From the IMG/VR virus record IMGVR_UViG_3300008111_000003: DNA of 64,000 bases. One strand, written 5' to 3'. Below, piece by piece: positions 8,846 to 17,647 of this stretch. Source of the stretch: a virus. The translations under genes were made by a program, and so were the position numbers. The notes below the pieces were generated by a model that was not told the DNA's origin, searched no databases, and worked only from the letters and a program-made list of their open reading frames with translations. Every line of letters starts with the position of its first letter. Within the stretch, counting starts at the first letter, position 1.

Positions 8846-8877
8846 AGAACCTCTTCCTGGACCACTTTTGGTGTATC
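8846..8877. promoter_or_regulatory. Inverted copy of the intein-less homing site abutting a GGTGTATC promoter motif (putative operator)
   Basis: Reverse complement of 8846-8866 is AGT GGT CCA GGA AGA GGT TCT (SGPGRGS); GGTGTATC at 8870-8877. Confidence 0.55.
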
Positions 8878-8900
8878 CTACTATGAAAGGACAATCTTGT

Positions 8901-9719
8901 ATGGAATATATAGCATTTAAATCTTTACAAGACAATAATTTTGAATACAGGGGATTAAGCAATAAACCTATTAAAGACATATGTATAAAATGCAATAAAA
9001 CTTTTGAATACGCTAAACTTAAGAAATTTATTAGGAGCAGAGTAAACATCCCAAAAATATATTGGTGTCAATGTCAGAAATGTTTTTTGCGATATAGAAC
9101 TATTGATAATTCAGACTGGATAGAAAAAAATAGGAAAGCACAACTTATAGCGCAAAATAAAGAAGAACAAAAGAAAAAGAACGCGGAGGCAGTATCAAAA
9201 TCTTGGACAAGAACAAGAAAAAATAAAGCTTCTGAATATCTTAAAGAAAGATGGGTTAATGATGAGGCTTTTAAAAATAAGGCTACTCTTAATTTAACCA
9301 ATAATAGAAGATATAATTTTACAAACGGAATTGCTACTGGGGGTCTTAGAGGATTATATAACGATATATACTATGATAGTGCGCTAGAACTATCTTTTAT
9401 ATTGTGGTGTGAATACAATAGTATGCCGATTAAAAGATATGATCAAGATTCTATTAAGTATGTAGATGAAAATACTATCGAAAGAGAATATTTTCCTGAT
9501 TTTATTATCAATAACACAACTATTGTCGAAATAAAAGGAAAAGGAATTTGGTATAATCGACACTTTGAACGCAATAAATTAAAAATGATAGCAGCAAAGA
9601 CCAAATTTAATGCAAAGTATTGCATATATTACGACTGGGATGAACAAACAAAATTATTTTATCGAAAGGCTAGAAAATTACATCATGAAAATAAAAAGAA
9701 AAACGTCGCTATCATATAA
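8901..9719 (+). CDS. Free-standing endonuclease (TnsA-like PD-(D/E)XK C-domain) between split-intein halves
   Basis: YYDSALEL..IKY..YFPDFII..IVEIKG; N-terminal CxxC pairs and basic helical region; AAGGA RBS favours ATG 8901 over 8868. Confidence 0.75.
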   Translation: MEYIAFKSLQDNNFEYRGLSNKPIKDICIKCNKTFEYAKLKKFIRSRVNIPKIYWCQCQKCFLRYRTIDNSDWIEKNRKAQLIAQNKEEQKKKNAEAVSKSWTRTRKNKASEYLKERWVNDEAFKNKATLNLTNNRRYNFTNGIATGGLRGLYNDIYYDSALELSFILWCEYNSMPIKRYDQDSIKYVDENTIEREYFPDFIINNTTIVEIKGKGIWYNRHFERNKLKMIAAKTKFNAKYCIYYDWDEQTKLFYRKARKLHHENKKKNVAII

Positions 9720-9789
9720 GGGTACTGTGTGCGATTTGTCTGTAACCAATACAGCATCTTATAATGTTGAAGGGATTGGAGTACACAAT
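9685..9789 (+). mobile_element. Split intein C-fragment (35 aa)
   Basis: Basic N-terminus, block F VCDLSV, block G YNVEGIGVHN followed by Ser+1. Confidence 0.9.
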
Positions 9790-10518
9790 AGTGCGGCGGG
9801 GTGTTTGGTATCCTATCTCATCGGCATAACTAATATTGATCCTATAAAATATAGTCTGCTTTTTGAAAGATTCTATAATGAGGGTCGTAACACAGCAGAC
9901 AATATTTCCATGCCAGATATTGATGTAGATATACCTATCGAAAAGCGAGAAATGGTTATTCAATATATCAAAGACAAATATGGTTCGGACAAAGTTTCTC
10001 AAATGGTTACTTTCAATACGATCAAGGGTAGGGGCGCACTAAAAGACGTATTAAGAGTATATGGTAATATTACATTTGAAGAAATGAATAAGATAACCAA
10101 AAATATCCCCGATGAGTCTAAGATTGCCGATGATCTTCAAGAGATGAAAGAAGAAACTGGCGAAGCATCCATCGTTCGATGGGCTTTGGAAAACGATAAT
10201 GATAAGCTTAAAGAATGGTGCTTTATTGATGAAAAAGGACAACTACAAGGCCTCTTGTCAAAAAGGTTTGAACAGGCTATTAGACTAGAGGGCACCAAGT
10301 CAAATCAGTCCAAACATGCTGCTGGTATTGCTATCAGTAGTGAACCATTAAATGAATTATGTCCTATGGTTTATGATAGTAAGAATGATCAGTTAATAGC
10401 AGGAATGGAGATGCAAGACTTGGAAAGCATAGGAATTATTAAGTTTGATATTCTTGGTGTTGCTCTTCTTGATAAAGTGATGACAATCAGAGACCTTTTA
10501 AATGAAGGAGTTCAATAA
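9685..10518 (+). CDS. dnaE: DnaE part 2: C-terminal split-intein half fused to polymerase catalytic core
   Basis: MKIKRK..VHN then SAAGCLVSYLIGIT..DPI..LLFERF..MPDIDVD..KHAAG..KFDILG; start set at Met26 of the tracked ORF. Confidence 0.9.
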   Translation: MKIKRKTSLSYKGTVCDLSVTNTASYNVEGIGVHNSAAGCLVSYLIGITNIDPIKYSLLFERFYNEGRNTADNISMPDIDVDIPIEKREMVIQYIKDKYGSDKVSQMVTFNTIKGRGALKDVLRVYGNITFEEMNKITKNIPDESKIADDLQEMKEETGEASIVRWALENDNDKLKEWCFIDEKGQLQGLLSKRFEQAIRLEGTKSNQSKHAAGIAISSEPLNELCPMVYDSKNDQLIAGMEMQDLESIGIIKFDILGVALLDKVMTIRDLLNEGVQ

Positions 10519-10703
10519 TGATGGTTAAGTTTAAAGATGTGGCTGAAAATACATTATTTAGCAAAGATGGTGTGGAATTCAAAAAAATACAACTAGTAAA
10601 AATTAGTTGTTGTAAAACAATAAATGCTATACAAGTATTAGATCCTAGAAATAGAGTGCTTTTTAATCAAGAAGATGAAGTAGAAGTGAATGATCAACTA
10701 TAA
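10518..10703 (+). CDS. Small hypothetical protein
   Basis: AAGGAG RBS; overlaps flanking genes. Confidence 0.55.
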   Translation: MMVKFKDVAENTLFSKDGVEFKKIQLVKISCCKTINAIQVLDPRNRVLFNQEDEVEVNDQL

Positions 10704-11385
10704 TAAGATTTGTGTTTTTGATTTTGAGACAGACGGATCGGATCCATCAGAATGCAGTCCTGTACAGATTGCTGCTATTATGATAGATCCATTAAATTTG
10801 GACATTATACCCGGCTCAGAGTTCAATATAAACTTTAGGCCAGAAGTTTTGGAAAACAACGAAAACTACAAATACGAAACAGATATATTAGATTTTCATT
10901 CAAAGGTTAAAGGGTGTTCTCAAGACGAGGTTTTAGCCTCGTGGTATAAATATCCTAAACAGGATCATTCTTGGAAATTATTCACAGCCTATTTGGATAA
11001 ATACCATTCACGAGCAACTAAAAAAAGTCAATTTTCTGCACCTATTGCTGCTGGTTATAATATACATAGATTTGATCTACATATCATAGACAGATTAAGC
11101 AAAAAGTATGGTAATTTGAACAAAGAAAAAAGAACAGATTTATTTTATCCTAGAGACACTATAGATGCTATGCAATTAATGTTTTATTGGTTTGAGCATA
11201 GTAGTGATCTTAAAAGTTATTCGTTAGATACTGTGAGAGATTATCTGGGAATTAGCAAAGATGGTGCTCACGATGCTCTAAAAGATGTTCAGGATACAGC
11301 AGCAATAATAATTAGGTTTTTAAAGTTACATCGTAATTTGGGACAAAAGGTAAAGTTTAAGAATTCTTTTGCAAATCAGGCATGA
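10690..11385 (+). CDS. dnaQ: DEDDh 3'-5' exonuclease (DnaQ/epsilon-like)
   Basis: ExoI VFDFETDG, ExoII GYNIHRFD, ExoIII AHDALKDV. Confidence 0.88.
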   Translation: MINYNKICVFDFETDGSDPSECSPVQIAAIMIDPLNLDIIPGSEFNINFRPEVLENNENYKYETDILDFHSKVKGCSQDEVLASWYKYPKQDHSWKLFTAYLDKYHSRATKKSQFSAPIAAGYNIHRFDLHIIDRLSKKYGNLNKEKRTDLFYPRDTIDAMQLMFYWFEHSSDLKSYSLDTVRDYLGISKDGAHDALKDVQDTAAIIIRFLKLHRNLGQKVKFKNSFANQA

Positions 11386-12989
11386 CTAAAAAATATCAAT
11401 ATCCTTGTGGATGTTCTTTTGAGTTAAATGATAACAATGGATTAGTTTTTGATCCAGATATTAACTCTATAAATTTGGACTGTTCCAGAACATGGGGTCT
11501 AATTTCGGATGGTAATACTAAGGGTTGTTTTCAATTAGAATCTCGTCTAGGACGATCCATAGCCAAAAAACTTAAGCCAGAAAATATAGAGCAGCTTTCT
11601 GCACTAATTGCTGTGTTAAGACCCGGCTCATTAGAGGCTATTAGAGATGGTAAAAGTGTAACCAATCATTATATCGATAAAAAGAATGGTCAAGAAACAC
11701 TAGATAACTTTCATCCCGTTCTTGAGCCAATCCTAAATTCAACATACGGAGAGATGATATATCAAGAACAAGCAATGGAAATTGCTAAGATAGTTGCTGG
11801 TTTTAATTTGCGAGAAGCAGATATGTTAAGAAAAGCTATTGGTAAGAAAAAACCAGAAGAAATGGCAAAGGTTAAGTCAAAGTTTTTAGAAGGATCATCA
11901 AAACTGAATATCTTAAGCACAAATGAGGCAGAACAGGTGTTTGGTTGGATTGAAAAAAGTCAAAGATATTCTTTCAATAAGTCCCATTCTGTTAGTTATG
12001 CTATTAATGCGTACTTATCAGCATATGCCAAAGCACATTTTCCAAAAATATTTTTTGCATCATATCTCAGATTTGCCAAAGATAAAAAAGATCCTCAAGC
12101 AGAGATAAAAGAATTGGTACAAAATGCTAATGAAATGGATATTACTGTTCATACTCCTGATATTAGAAATCTTAATGAGTTCTTTATATTGAAGAACGAT
12201 AAGATATATTTTGGTTTAACAGATATTAAGGGTGTGGGCAAATCGGTATTTGATAAGCTTAGAGGAATATCTTTGAATGTTAAATTTGATTCATCTAATT
12301 GGCTTCAGTTTTTATTCTTAGTTTTGAATAGAATTAATTCTACAGCAGCCAAAGCTTTGATCCAAAGCGGGGCGCTTAGTTTTATACCAATAACCAGAAG
12401 TAAGATGTTGTATGAATATAATCTTGTTAGCACTTTAACAGCCAAAGAGATTGAGCATATTTGTAATAACTTGACCAAATTCACCACACTAAAGGAATGT
12501 TTGGGATTTGTGATGGGTTTACCTAGAGTTAATAAGAATAGACAAAATTCTATCAGAGATTCTTTGTATGCTTTAGATTTTCCACCACATTCATTGGATG
12601 ATAGTCCGGAGTGGATAGCAGACTGCGAAGATGCCTTACTTGGATGCTCTATTACTTGTTCCAAGCTGGATATGTATGATATTAGTATGACCAATATAAC
12701 ATGTAGAGAATTAAAGAATACGTCTATGAAAGATAATCTTATTCTTGGCGGAGAAATAGATAATATCAATATTGTAAAGACCAAAAGTGGTAAAAATCCC
12801 GGTCAAGAAATGGCTTTTGTTACAATGACAGATCAAACTGGTTGTGTTGACTCTATAGTATTTTTTCCTGAACAATACAAAACTTTCAAGAATTTACTAT
12901 TTTTGGGCAATATTGTTATTGTGAAAGGATCTAAGTCCAAGAACGGAGATGGTATCATAGTAGAAAAGGGTTATATAGCAAAAACTTGA
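11382..12989 (+). CDS. dnaE: DnaE part 3: fingers, HhH and OB-fold C-terminal portion
   Basis: GCFQLES, LRPG, IYQEQAM, ADMLRKAIGKKK, YSFNKSHSVSYA, FGLTDIKGVG, MAFVTMTD. Confidence 0.92.
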   Translation: MTKKYQYPCGCSFELNDNNGLVFDPDINSINLDCSRTWGLISDGNTKGCFQLESRLGRSIAKKLKPENIEQLSALIAVLRPGSLEAIRDGKSVTNHYIDKKNGQETLDNFHPVLEPILNSTYGEMIYQEQAMEIAKIVAGFNLREADMLRKAIGKKKPEEMAKVKSKFLEGSSKLNILSTNEAEQVFGWIEKSQRYSFNKSHSVSYAINAYLSAYAKAHFPKIFFASYLRFAKDKKDPQAEIKELVQNANEMDITVHTPDIRNLNEFFILKNDKIYFGLTDIKGVGKSVFDKLRGISLNVKFDSSNWLQFLFLVLNRINSTAAKALIQSGALSFIPITRSKMLYEYNLVSTLTAKEIEHICNNLTKFTTLKECLGFVMGLPRVNKNRQNSIRDSLYALDFPPHSLDDSPEWIADCEDALLGCSITCSKLDMYDISMTNITCRELKNTSMKDNLILGGEIDNINIVKTKSGKNPGQEMAFVTMTDQTGCVDSIVFFPEQYKTFKNLLFLGNIVIVKGSKSKNGDGIIVEKGYIAKT

Positions 12990-13014
12990 CCTGTCGCCGT
13001 GGTCAATATACTAT
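12986..13014 (+). promoter_or_regulatory. Sigma70-like promoter for ssb with overlapping palindrome
   Basis: TTGACC-N17-TACTAT; TTGACC-N9-GGTCAA inverted repeat at 12986-13006. Confidence 0.5.
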
Positions 13015-13059
13015 ACTGTTAGTTGGCGTTGGTTCGTTTTATTTTTCAAAGGAGAATTT

Positions 13060-13422
13060 ATGAATATTGTTATGTTGCGTGGTAATCTTGCTAGGGATCC
13101 TGAGATCAGAGTTGTTGGTGATAAGCAAACTTCGGTTGCTAACTTTACAATTGCTGTATCTCGTGAGTTTGTAAAAGCAAACGGAGAGCAGGACAAGATT
13201 ACATCGTTTATTCAGTGTGAAGCATGGGATAGTGGTGCCGAGGCTATTGGATCATCTTTTAAGAAGGGTGATCTCGTGATGGTCGAAGGATCGTTACGAA
13301 ATGATAGTTGGGAGAAGGATGGTGTTAAGCATAGTACTCTTAAGGTAAGAGTTAACAACTTTGCTAAAATTACCAAAACCAAGAAAGTTGAGAAGTCCGC
13401 CGAAACAACGGTAGCTTTCTGA
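13060..13422 (+). CDS. ssb: Single-stranded DNA-binding protein
   Basis: MNIVMLRGNLARDPE..VANFTIAV..FIQCEAW..KKGDLVMVEGSLRNDSWEKDG; AAGGAG RBS. Confidence 0.93.
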   Translation: MNIVMLRGNLARDPEIRVVGDKQTSVANFTIAVSREFVKANGEQDKITSFIQCEAWDSGAEAIGSSFKKGDLVMVEGSLRNDSWEKDGVKHSTLKVRVNNFAKITKTKKVEKSAETTVAF

Positions 13423-13430
13423 ACATTAAT

Positions 13431-13475
13431 CTAAGAGAATCTCTAGCAGCTTTTGTTGCTAGAGATTTTACTTAG
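13431..13475 (+). terminator. Stem-loop / probable intrinsic terminator after ssb
   Basis: AATCTCTAGCAGC-TTTT-GTTGCTAGAGATT hairpin with outer CTAAG/CTTAG pairing. Confidence 0.65.
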
Positions 13476-13487
13476 GTCTATTAAATT

Positions 13488-15140
13488 ATGAATAAAAAAA
13501 GAATTTTAATTGCCAATGATGCTAGTTTTCTCGATACCGGATACGGAGTATACGGTAAAGAAATCATTTCACGCATTCATAACAGCGACAAATATGAAGT
13601 AGCAGAATTAGGATGTTATGCTGGTATAGGTGATTCAAGAATAAAAAATATTCCTTGGAAATTCTATCCAAATGCTGTTAAAACTGATGATCCTAGGTTT
13701 CAGCAGTATTCATCTAATAATCTCAATCAATTTGGATTATGGAGATTCAATAGATGCTTGGTGGATTTCAAACCACATATTGTTTTTGATGTTAGAGACT
13801 ATTGGATGTACTCTTATCAAGATACTAGTCCATATAGATCATATTTTAGTTGGGTTATAATGCCAACTACCGATTCTGATCCTCCAAAGATAGAATGGCT
13901 ATATACCTATCAAAATGCTGAATTAGTAGTACCATATACTAATTTTGCTAAAAATGTCTTACAGCGATCTTGTGGAAATAAAATAAATCTATTTCCAAAA
14001 ATAGCTAATGCTGGTATTAATCCTAATGAATTTTATCCTATAGAAAATAAATTAGCACATAAGATTAAATATCTAGGAAGAGATCTAAATATAGTAGGTG
14101 TTGTTATGCGTAATCAAAAACGCAAATTAATAGCTGAACTATTGCTAGCATTTAAAATGTTTCTGGAACAATTGAAGACTTCCAAGCAAGACGATATATA
14201 TAATAAAACATATCTTTATTTGCATACATCTTATCCTGAAGAAAATGGGTGGGATATTCCATCTTTACTATTAGAATATGGTTTATTAGATAAAGTATAC
14301 TTTACATACAAATGTAGATTTTGTAATAATGTTTCTGTAGGAAAATTTCATCCATCATTAAAAATATGTTCTAAATGCAATAATAGATCAGTATCATTAG
14401 CTGCGTCAAACAATGGTATTACAACCAGTGAACTAAATGAGATATATAATTTATTTGATATTTTCATACAGTATGCTATTTGTGAAGGATTTGGTATGCC
14501 ACAGGTAGAAGCGGCAGCATGCGGCTTACAAATAGCTTCTGTTGATTATAGTGCTATGAGTGAAATCGCAGAAAATTTAAATGGTATAAAAATACCTGTT
14601 CAAAAGATGTTTAGAGAAATGGAAATTAATGCTAATAGGGCATATCCAGATAATAATTTTACTGCTAATATGTTATATAACTTTTTTGTAAACACATCAG
14701 ATGATATTAAAGCAACTAATAGTGATCTTATTAGAGAAAAATGTTTATTAACTTATACTTGGGATAATGTTTATAGAGTTTGGGAAGAAGCATTTGATAC
14801 TATAGATATTAATAGTAAATTACCATGGTATCATAAGAATATGTCAAATATAGAAAATACATCAATTAAAGTACCAATCAATATAAGTGGAAAAGAGTTT
14901 ATAGAGTTTATTTGCTTAAAAGTTATTAATGATCCACATTTATTAAAAACAGCAAATATACAATCTCTAATAAAAGACATTACCAATACTTTAATTACTA
15001 GATCTGGTTCTATAGGAATTTTTGATAAAAAAGAAGCATTAGAAATACTAGAGGGATTTTTCAATAATAAAATTATATGTGAAAAAATGAGAACTAATCC
15101 AGAACTTATAACTAAAGAAGACTTTATCAATGCTCAATGA
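13488..15140 (+). CDS. GT-B (GT4-like) glycosyltransferase with internal zinc ribbon
   Basis: TGYGVY, RNQKRK, EGFGMPQVEAAACG signature; CRFC...CSKC insert. Confidence 0.8.
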   Translation: MNKKRILIANDASFLDTGYGVYGKEIISRIHNSDKYEVAELGCYAGIGDSRIKNIPWKFYPNAVKTDDPRFQQYSSNNLNQFGLWRFNRCLVDFKPHIVFDVRDYWMYSYQDTSPYRSYFSWVIMPTTDSDPPKIEWLYTYQNAELVVPYTNFAKNVLQRSCGNKINLFPKIANAGINPNEFYPIENKLAHKIKYLGRDLNIVGVVMRNQKRKLIAELLLAFKMFLEQLKTSKQDDIYNKTYLYLHTSYPEENGWDIPSLLLEYGLLDKVYFTYKCRFCNNVSVGKFHPSLKICSKCNNRSVSLAASNNGITTSELNEIYNLFDIFIQYAICEGFGMPQVEAAACGLQIASVDYSAMSEIAENLNGIKIPVQKMFREMEINANRAYPDNNFTANMLYNFFVNTSDDIKATNSDLIREKCLLTYTWDNVYRVWEEAFDTIDINSKLPWYHKNMSNIENTSIKVPINISGKEFIEFICLKVINDPHLLKTANIQSLIKDITNTLITRSGSIGIFDKKEALEILEGFFNNKIICEKMRTNPELITKEDFINAQ

Positions 15141-15882
15141 AAATATAAATAAAATCCATACTCCGTGTAAAGATTGTGTATTTGCAAAATATGAAAATAA
15201 TACCCAGATAGATTGTGAACTAGACTATATATCCAAATACAAAACTAAAAATATAGAGATACTAGAAGCCTATGATAATAGTAAAGAATTCTACATTATT
15301 AATGGGAAAAAATGTATTGGATACAGAGAAGATAAGTGGTTCGATAGGTTTGATTTGAAAGATAGTTCTATAAAGGATAAGATTGATAAATATAATGAGC
15401 TTAATAATCTTGATTATTTATTAGTAGTTGATCTTAAAAAGATAAGTATAAATCAATTAGAGGATATTCTAGAACAAGTTGATACACTGGATATCAAGCC
15501 TAAAAAATTAGTTATTATTAGATATGCTGATAATATGGGTTTTCCATATGAAATGTTAAAAAACCTACTGGATAAATATGCTAAGAATTATGTGTGGCGT
15601 ATTCAAACTATATTGGATCCATTATTAACATTTGATAATATACTAAAAAATATTGTGTCATTAAATTCTAATCGATTTATTGTATCTCTTACTAACTATA
15701 ATACAGACCTAAAGAAACTTATTGATCACACAAACAAAGTTGTCCATTATGACCTGGATCAATTCAATATTGTTTCCAATCAAAATAAAGACTGCTTAGT
15801 ATTTAGTCGTGGCATTTATGCTTTTGAAATTTTTAATGGTCAAAACCTACTGGATAATGAATCTAATTATACAATCATATGA
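15130..15882 (+). CDS. Hypothetical protein
   Basis: 250-aa ORF overlapping neighbours; N-terminal CKDCVF..C..C. Confidence 0.6.
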   Translation: MLNENINKIHTPCKDCVFAKYENNTQIDCELDYISKYKTKNIEILEAYDNSKEFYIINGKKCIGYREDKWFDRFDLKDSSIKDKIDKYNELNNLDYLLVVDLKKISINQLEDILEQVDTLDIKPKKLVIIRYADNMGFPYEMLKNLLDKYAKNYVWRIQTILDPLLTFDNILKNIVSLNSNRFIVSLTNYNTDLKKLIDHTNKVVHYDLDQFNIVSNQNKDCLVFSRGIYAFEIFNGQNLLDNESNYTII

Positions 15883-16511
15883 ATATTATTATTCTTGGCG
15901 ATAAATATCAGAAAAGAATGAAATCACGAGGCTGTGTTGGTTTAATAAAGTTACAAAATAAGAACATATTACATCACCAATATAAAATACTTACCAATAA
16001 GTTTGCACTATCAAAAATAGTATATATCTACGGGTTTGATAATAAGAGATTACTATCTTATCTTGAAAAAAATAATCAAGCATATAGTCAACTTGAATTT
16101 GTTCATAATAACAGATATGATCAATATAATAATGCTTACAGTCTTTCTTTAGTTAAGGAATATCTAGACGATGATCTTTTAATAATGTTTGGAGATAAAA
16201 TTCTAACCGCTAATACCTTTAGTAAGTTTGATAGTAGTAAGTTTTCACAAATTTTTATAGATCATAATTCGCAGTCTAAACTAGGATGTATTATTCATAA
16301 TAATAAAGTAGAGAATATTTGTTATGATCTTGACAATAACCTATCTGAAATTTACTTTATTTCACGGGATCAAGCACAAGATCTAAAAAAAATAGTATCT
16401 AATCCATCATTTTACAATTACTTTGTATTTGAGCTATTAAATAAAATGATTGATTCAAATCAAACCATAGTTCCACATTTCATTAACAAAAAGACCTCTA
16501 ATGCGATATAG
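15879..16511 (+). CDS. Degenerate nucleotidyltransferase (NTP_transferase/LicC-like)
   Basis: MNIIILG..RMKS..LIKL..IL, VHNNRYDQYNNAYSLSL, LLIMFGD; glycine-rich loop eroded. Confidence 0.55.
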   Translation: MNIIILGDKYQKRMKSRGCVGLIKLQNKNILHHQYKILTNKFALSKIVYIYGFDNKRLLSYLEKNNQAYSQLEFVHNNRYDQYNNAYSLSLVKEYLDDDLLIMFGDKILTANTFSKFDSSKFSQIFIDHNSQSKLGCIIHNNKVENICYDLDNNLSEIYFISRDQAQDLKKIVSNPSFYNYFVFELLNKMIDSNQTIVPHFINKKTSNAI

Positions 16512-16863
16512 TATATTTTCAACAGATATAGCAAAAGATATTGATCTAATAGAAAGAATAAAAACTTTTCTTTACAATAATACTGATATAGAAGACTTTT
16601 TTATTTTTAGTGATGAGACTATGTGTTTATTGCATGATCATAGTTCATTGCCAACTTTTTATACTGTAGGATATAATGGCACTATAATATTTTTGACGGT
16701 TCAAGACTATCTGTTATTCAGAGATAAGGCGAATGGGGATATAGCAGTATTTCTAAATAAAGAAGACCTATCAAATATTGATCGTAGTACGATAAAAAAT
16801 CACAAAATCATTATTGAGGATGTTGATTCGACTTTAAAATGGGTGCCGAGCTATGGATTATAA
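16501..16863 (+). CDS. Hypothetical protein
   Basis: ORF overlapping both neighbours in the operon. Confidence 0.55.
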   Translation: MRYSIFSTDIAKDIDLIERIKTFLYNNTDIEDFFIFSDETMCLLHDHSSLPTFYTVGYNGTIIFLTVQDYLLFRDKANGDIAVFLNKEDLSNIDRSTIKNHKIIIEDVDSTLKWVPSYGL

Positions 16864-17647
16864 CAAACTGTCTGATAAACAAAAAAGAGAGCTGCTTAGT
16901 AAAGAATATGAAACCAATAATAAAAGCTTTAAAGATATAGCCGATAGTGTTGGTACATACGCTAATAAGATAAGACGAGATGCTATTAAATTAGGAATAA
17001 AAATCAGAGATAAAAGCGAGGCCCAAAAGAATGCTCTTCAACGTGGAAAAGCAGTTCATCCAACAAAAGGAACAACAAGACCAGAAAGCATAAAAACTAA
17101 GATAGGGCTTGGTGTTATGCAATCATGGGAGGATATGGATGATCAAACACTGAATGATAGAAAAAATAAAGCCAGAATAAATTGGGAAAGTTTATCGCAG
17201 GATAAAAAAGATAATATTCTAAGAGAAGCTAATAGCGCTGTAAGAGAAGCTAGTAAACAAGGATCAAAACTTGAAAAGTTTCTACTGCAACAGTTGATTC
17301 AAGACGGATACAAGGTTGAATTTCATAAAGAGCAATCATTATTAAATACCAAATTGCAGATTGATCTATTTCTACCTACTCTGAATATAGCCATAGAGGT
17401 TGATGGACCATCGCACTTTAAGCCCGTATGGGGTGATGATAATCTTAAGCGTAATAAGGGTTATGATAATAAAAAGACAGGATTAATTCTTGGTAAAGGA
17501 CTCGTGCTAATAAGAATCAAACAAACCAAAGATTTTTCTAAAGCGCGAGGAATAACAATCTATAATGAACTAAAAATCCATATAGAGTCTATCAAAAACA
17601 AATTTCCGGATAAAGATAATAGGAACTTAGAAATAGGAGACAATTAA
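16853..17647 (+). CDS. HTH plus Vsr/DUF559-like endonuclease
   Basis: KSFKDIADSVGTYANKIRR HTH; GSKLEKFL..QIDLFLP..IAIEVDGPSHF..DNKK. Confidence 0.7.
   Translation: MDYNKLSDKQKRELLSKEYETNNKSFKDIADSVGTYANKIRRDAIKLGIKIRDKSEAQKNALQRGKAVHPTKGTTRPESIKTKIGLGVMQSWEDMDDQTLNDRKNKARINWESLSQDKKDNILREANSAVREASKQGSKLEKFLLQQLIQDGYKVEFHKEQSLLNTKLQIDLFLPTLNIAIEVDGPSHFKPVWGDDNLKRNKGYDNKKTGLILGKGLVLIRIKQTKDFSKARGITIYNELKIHIESIKNKFPDKDNRNLEIGDN

Noticed and set aside
8765-9049. Minus-strand 94-aa ORF containing GPGRGS as a real gene
   Set aside because: Antisense to two genuine genes; only the short GPGRGS segment resembles dnaE, so it is treated as a cis element.
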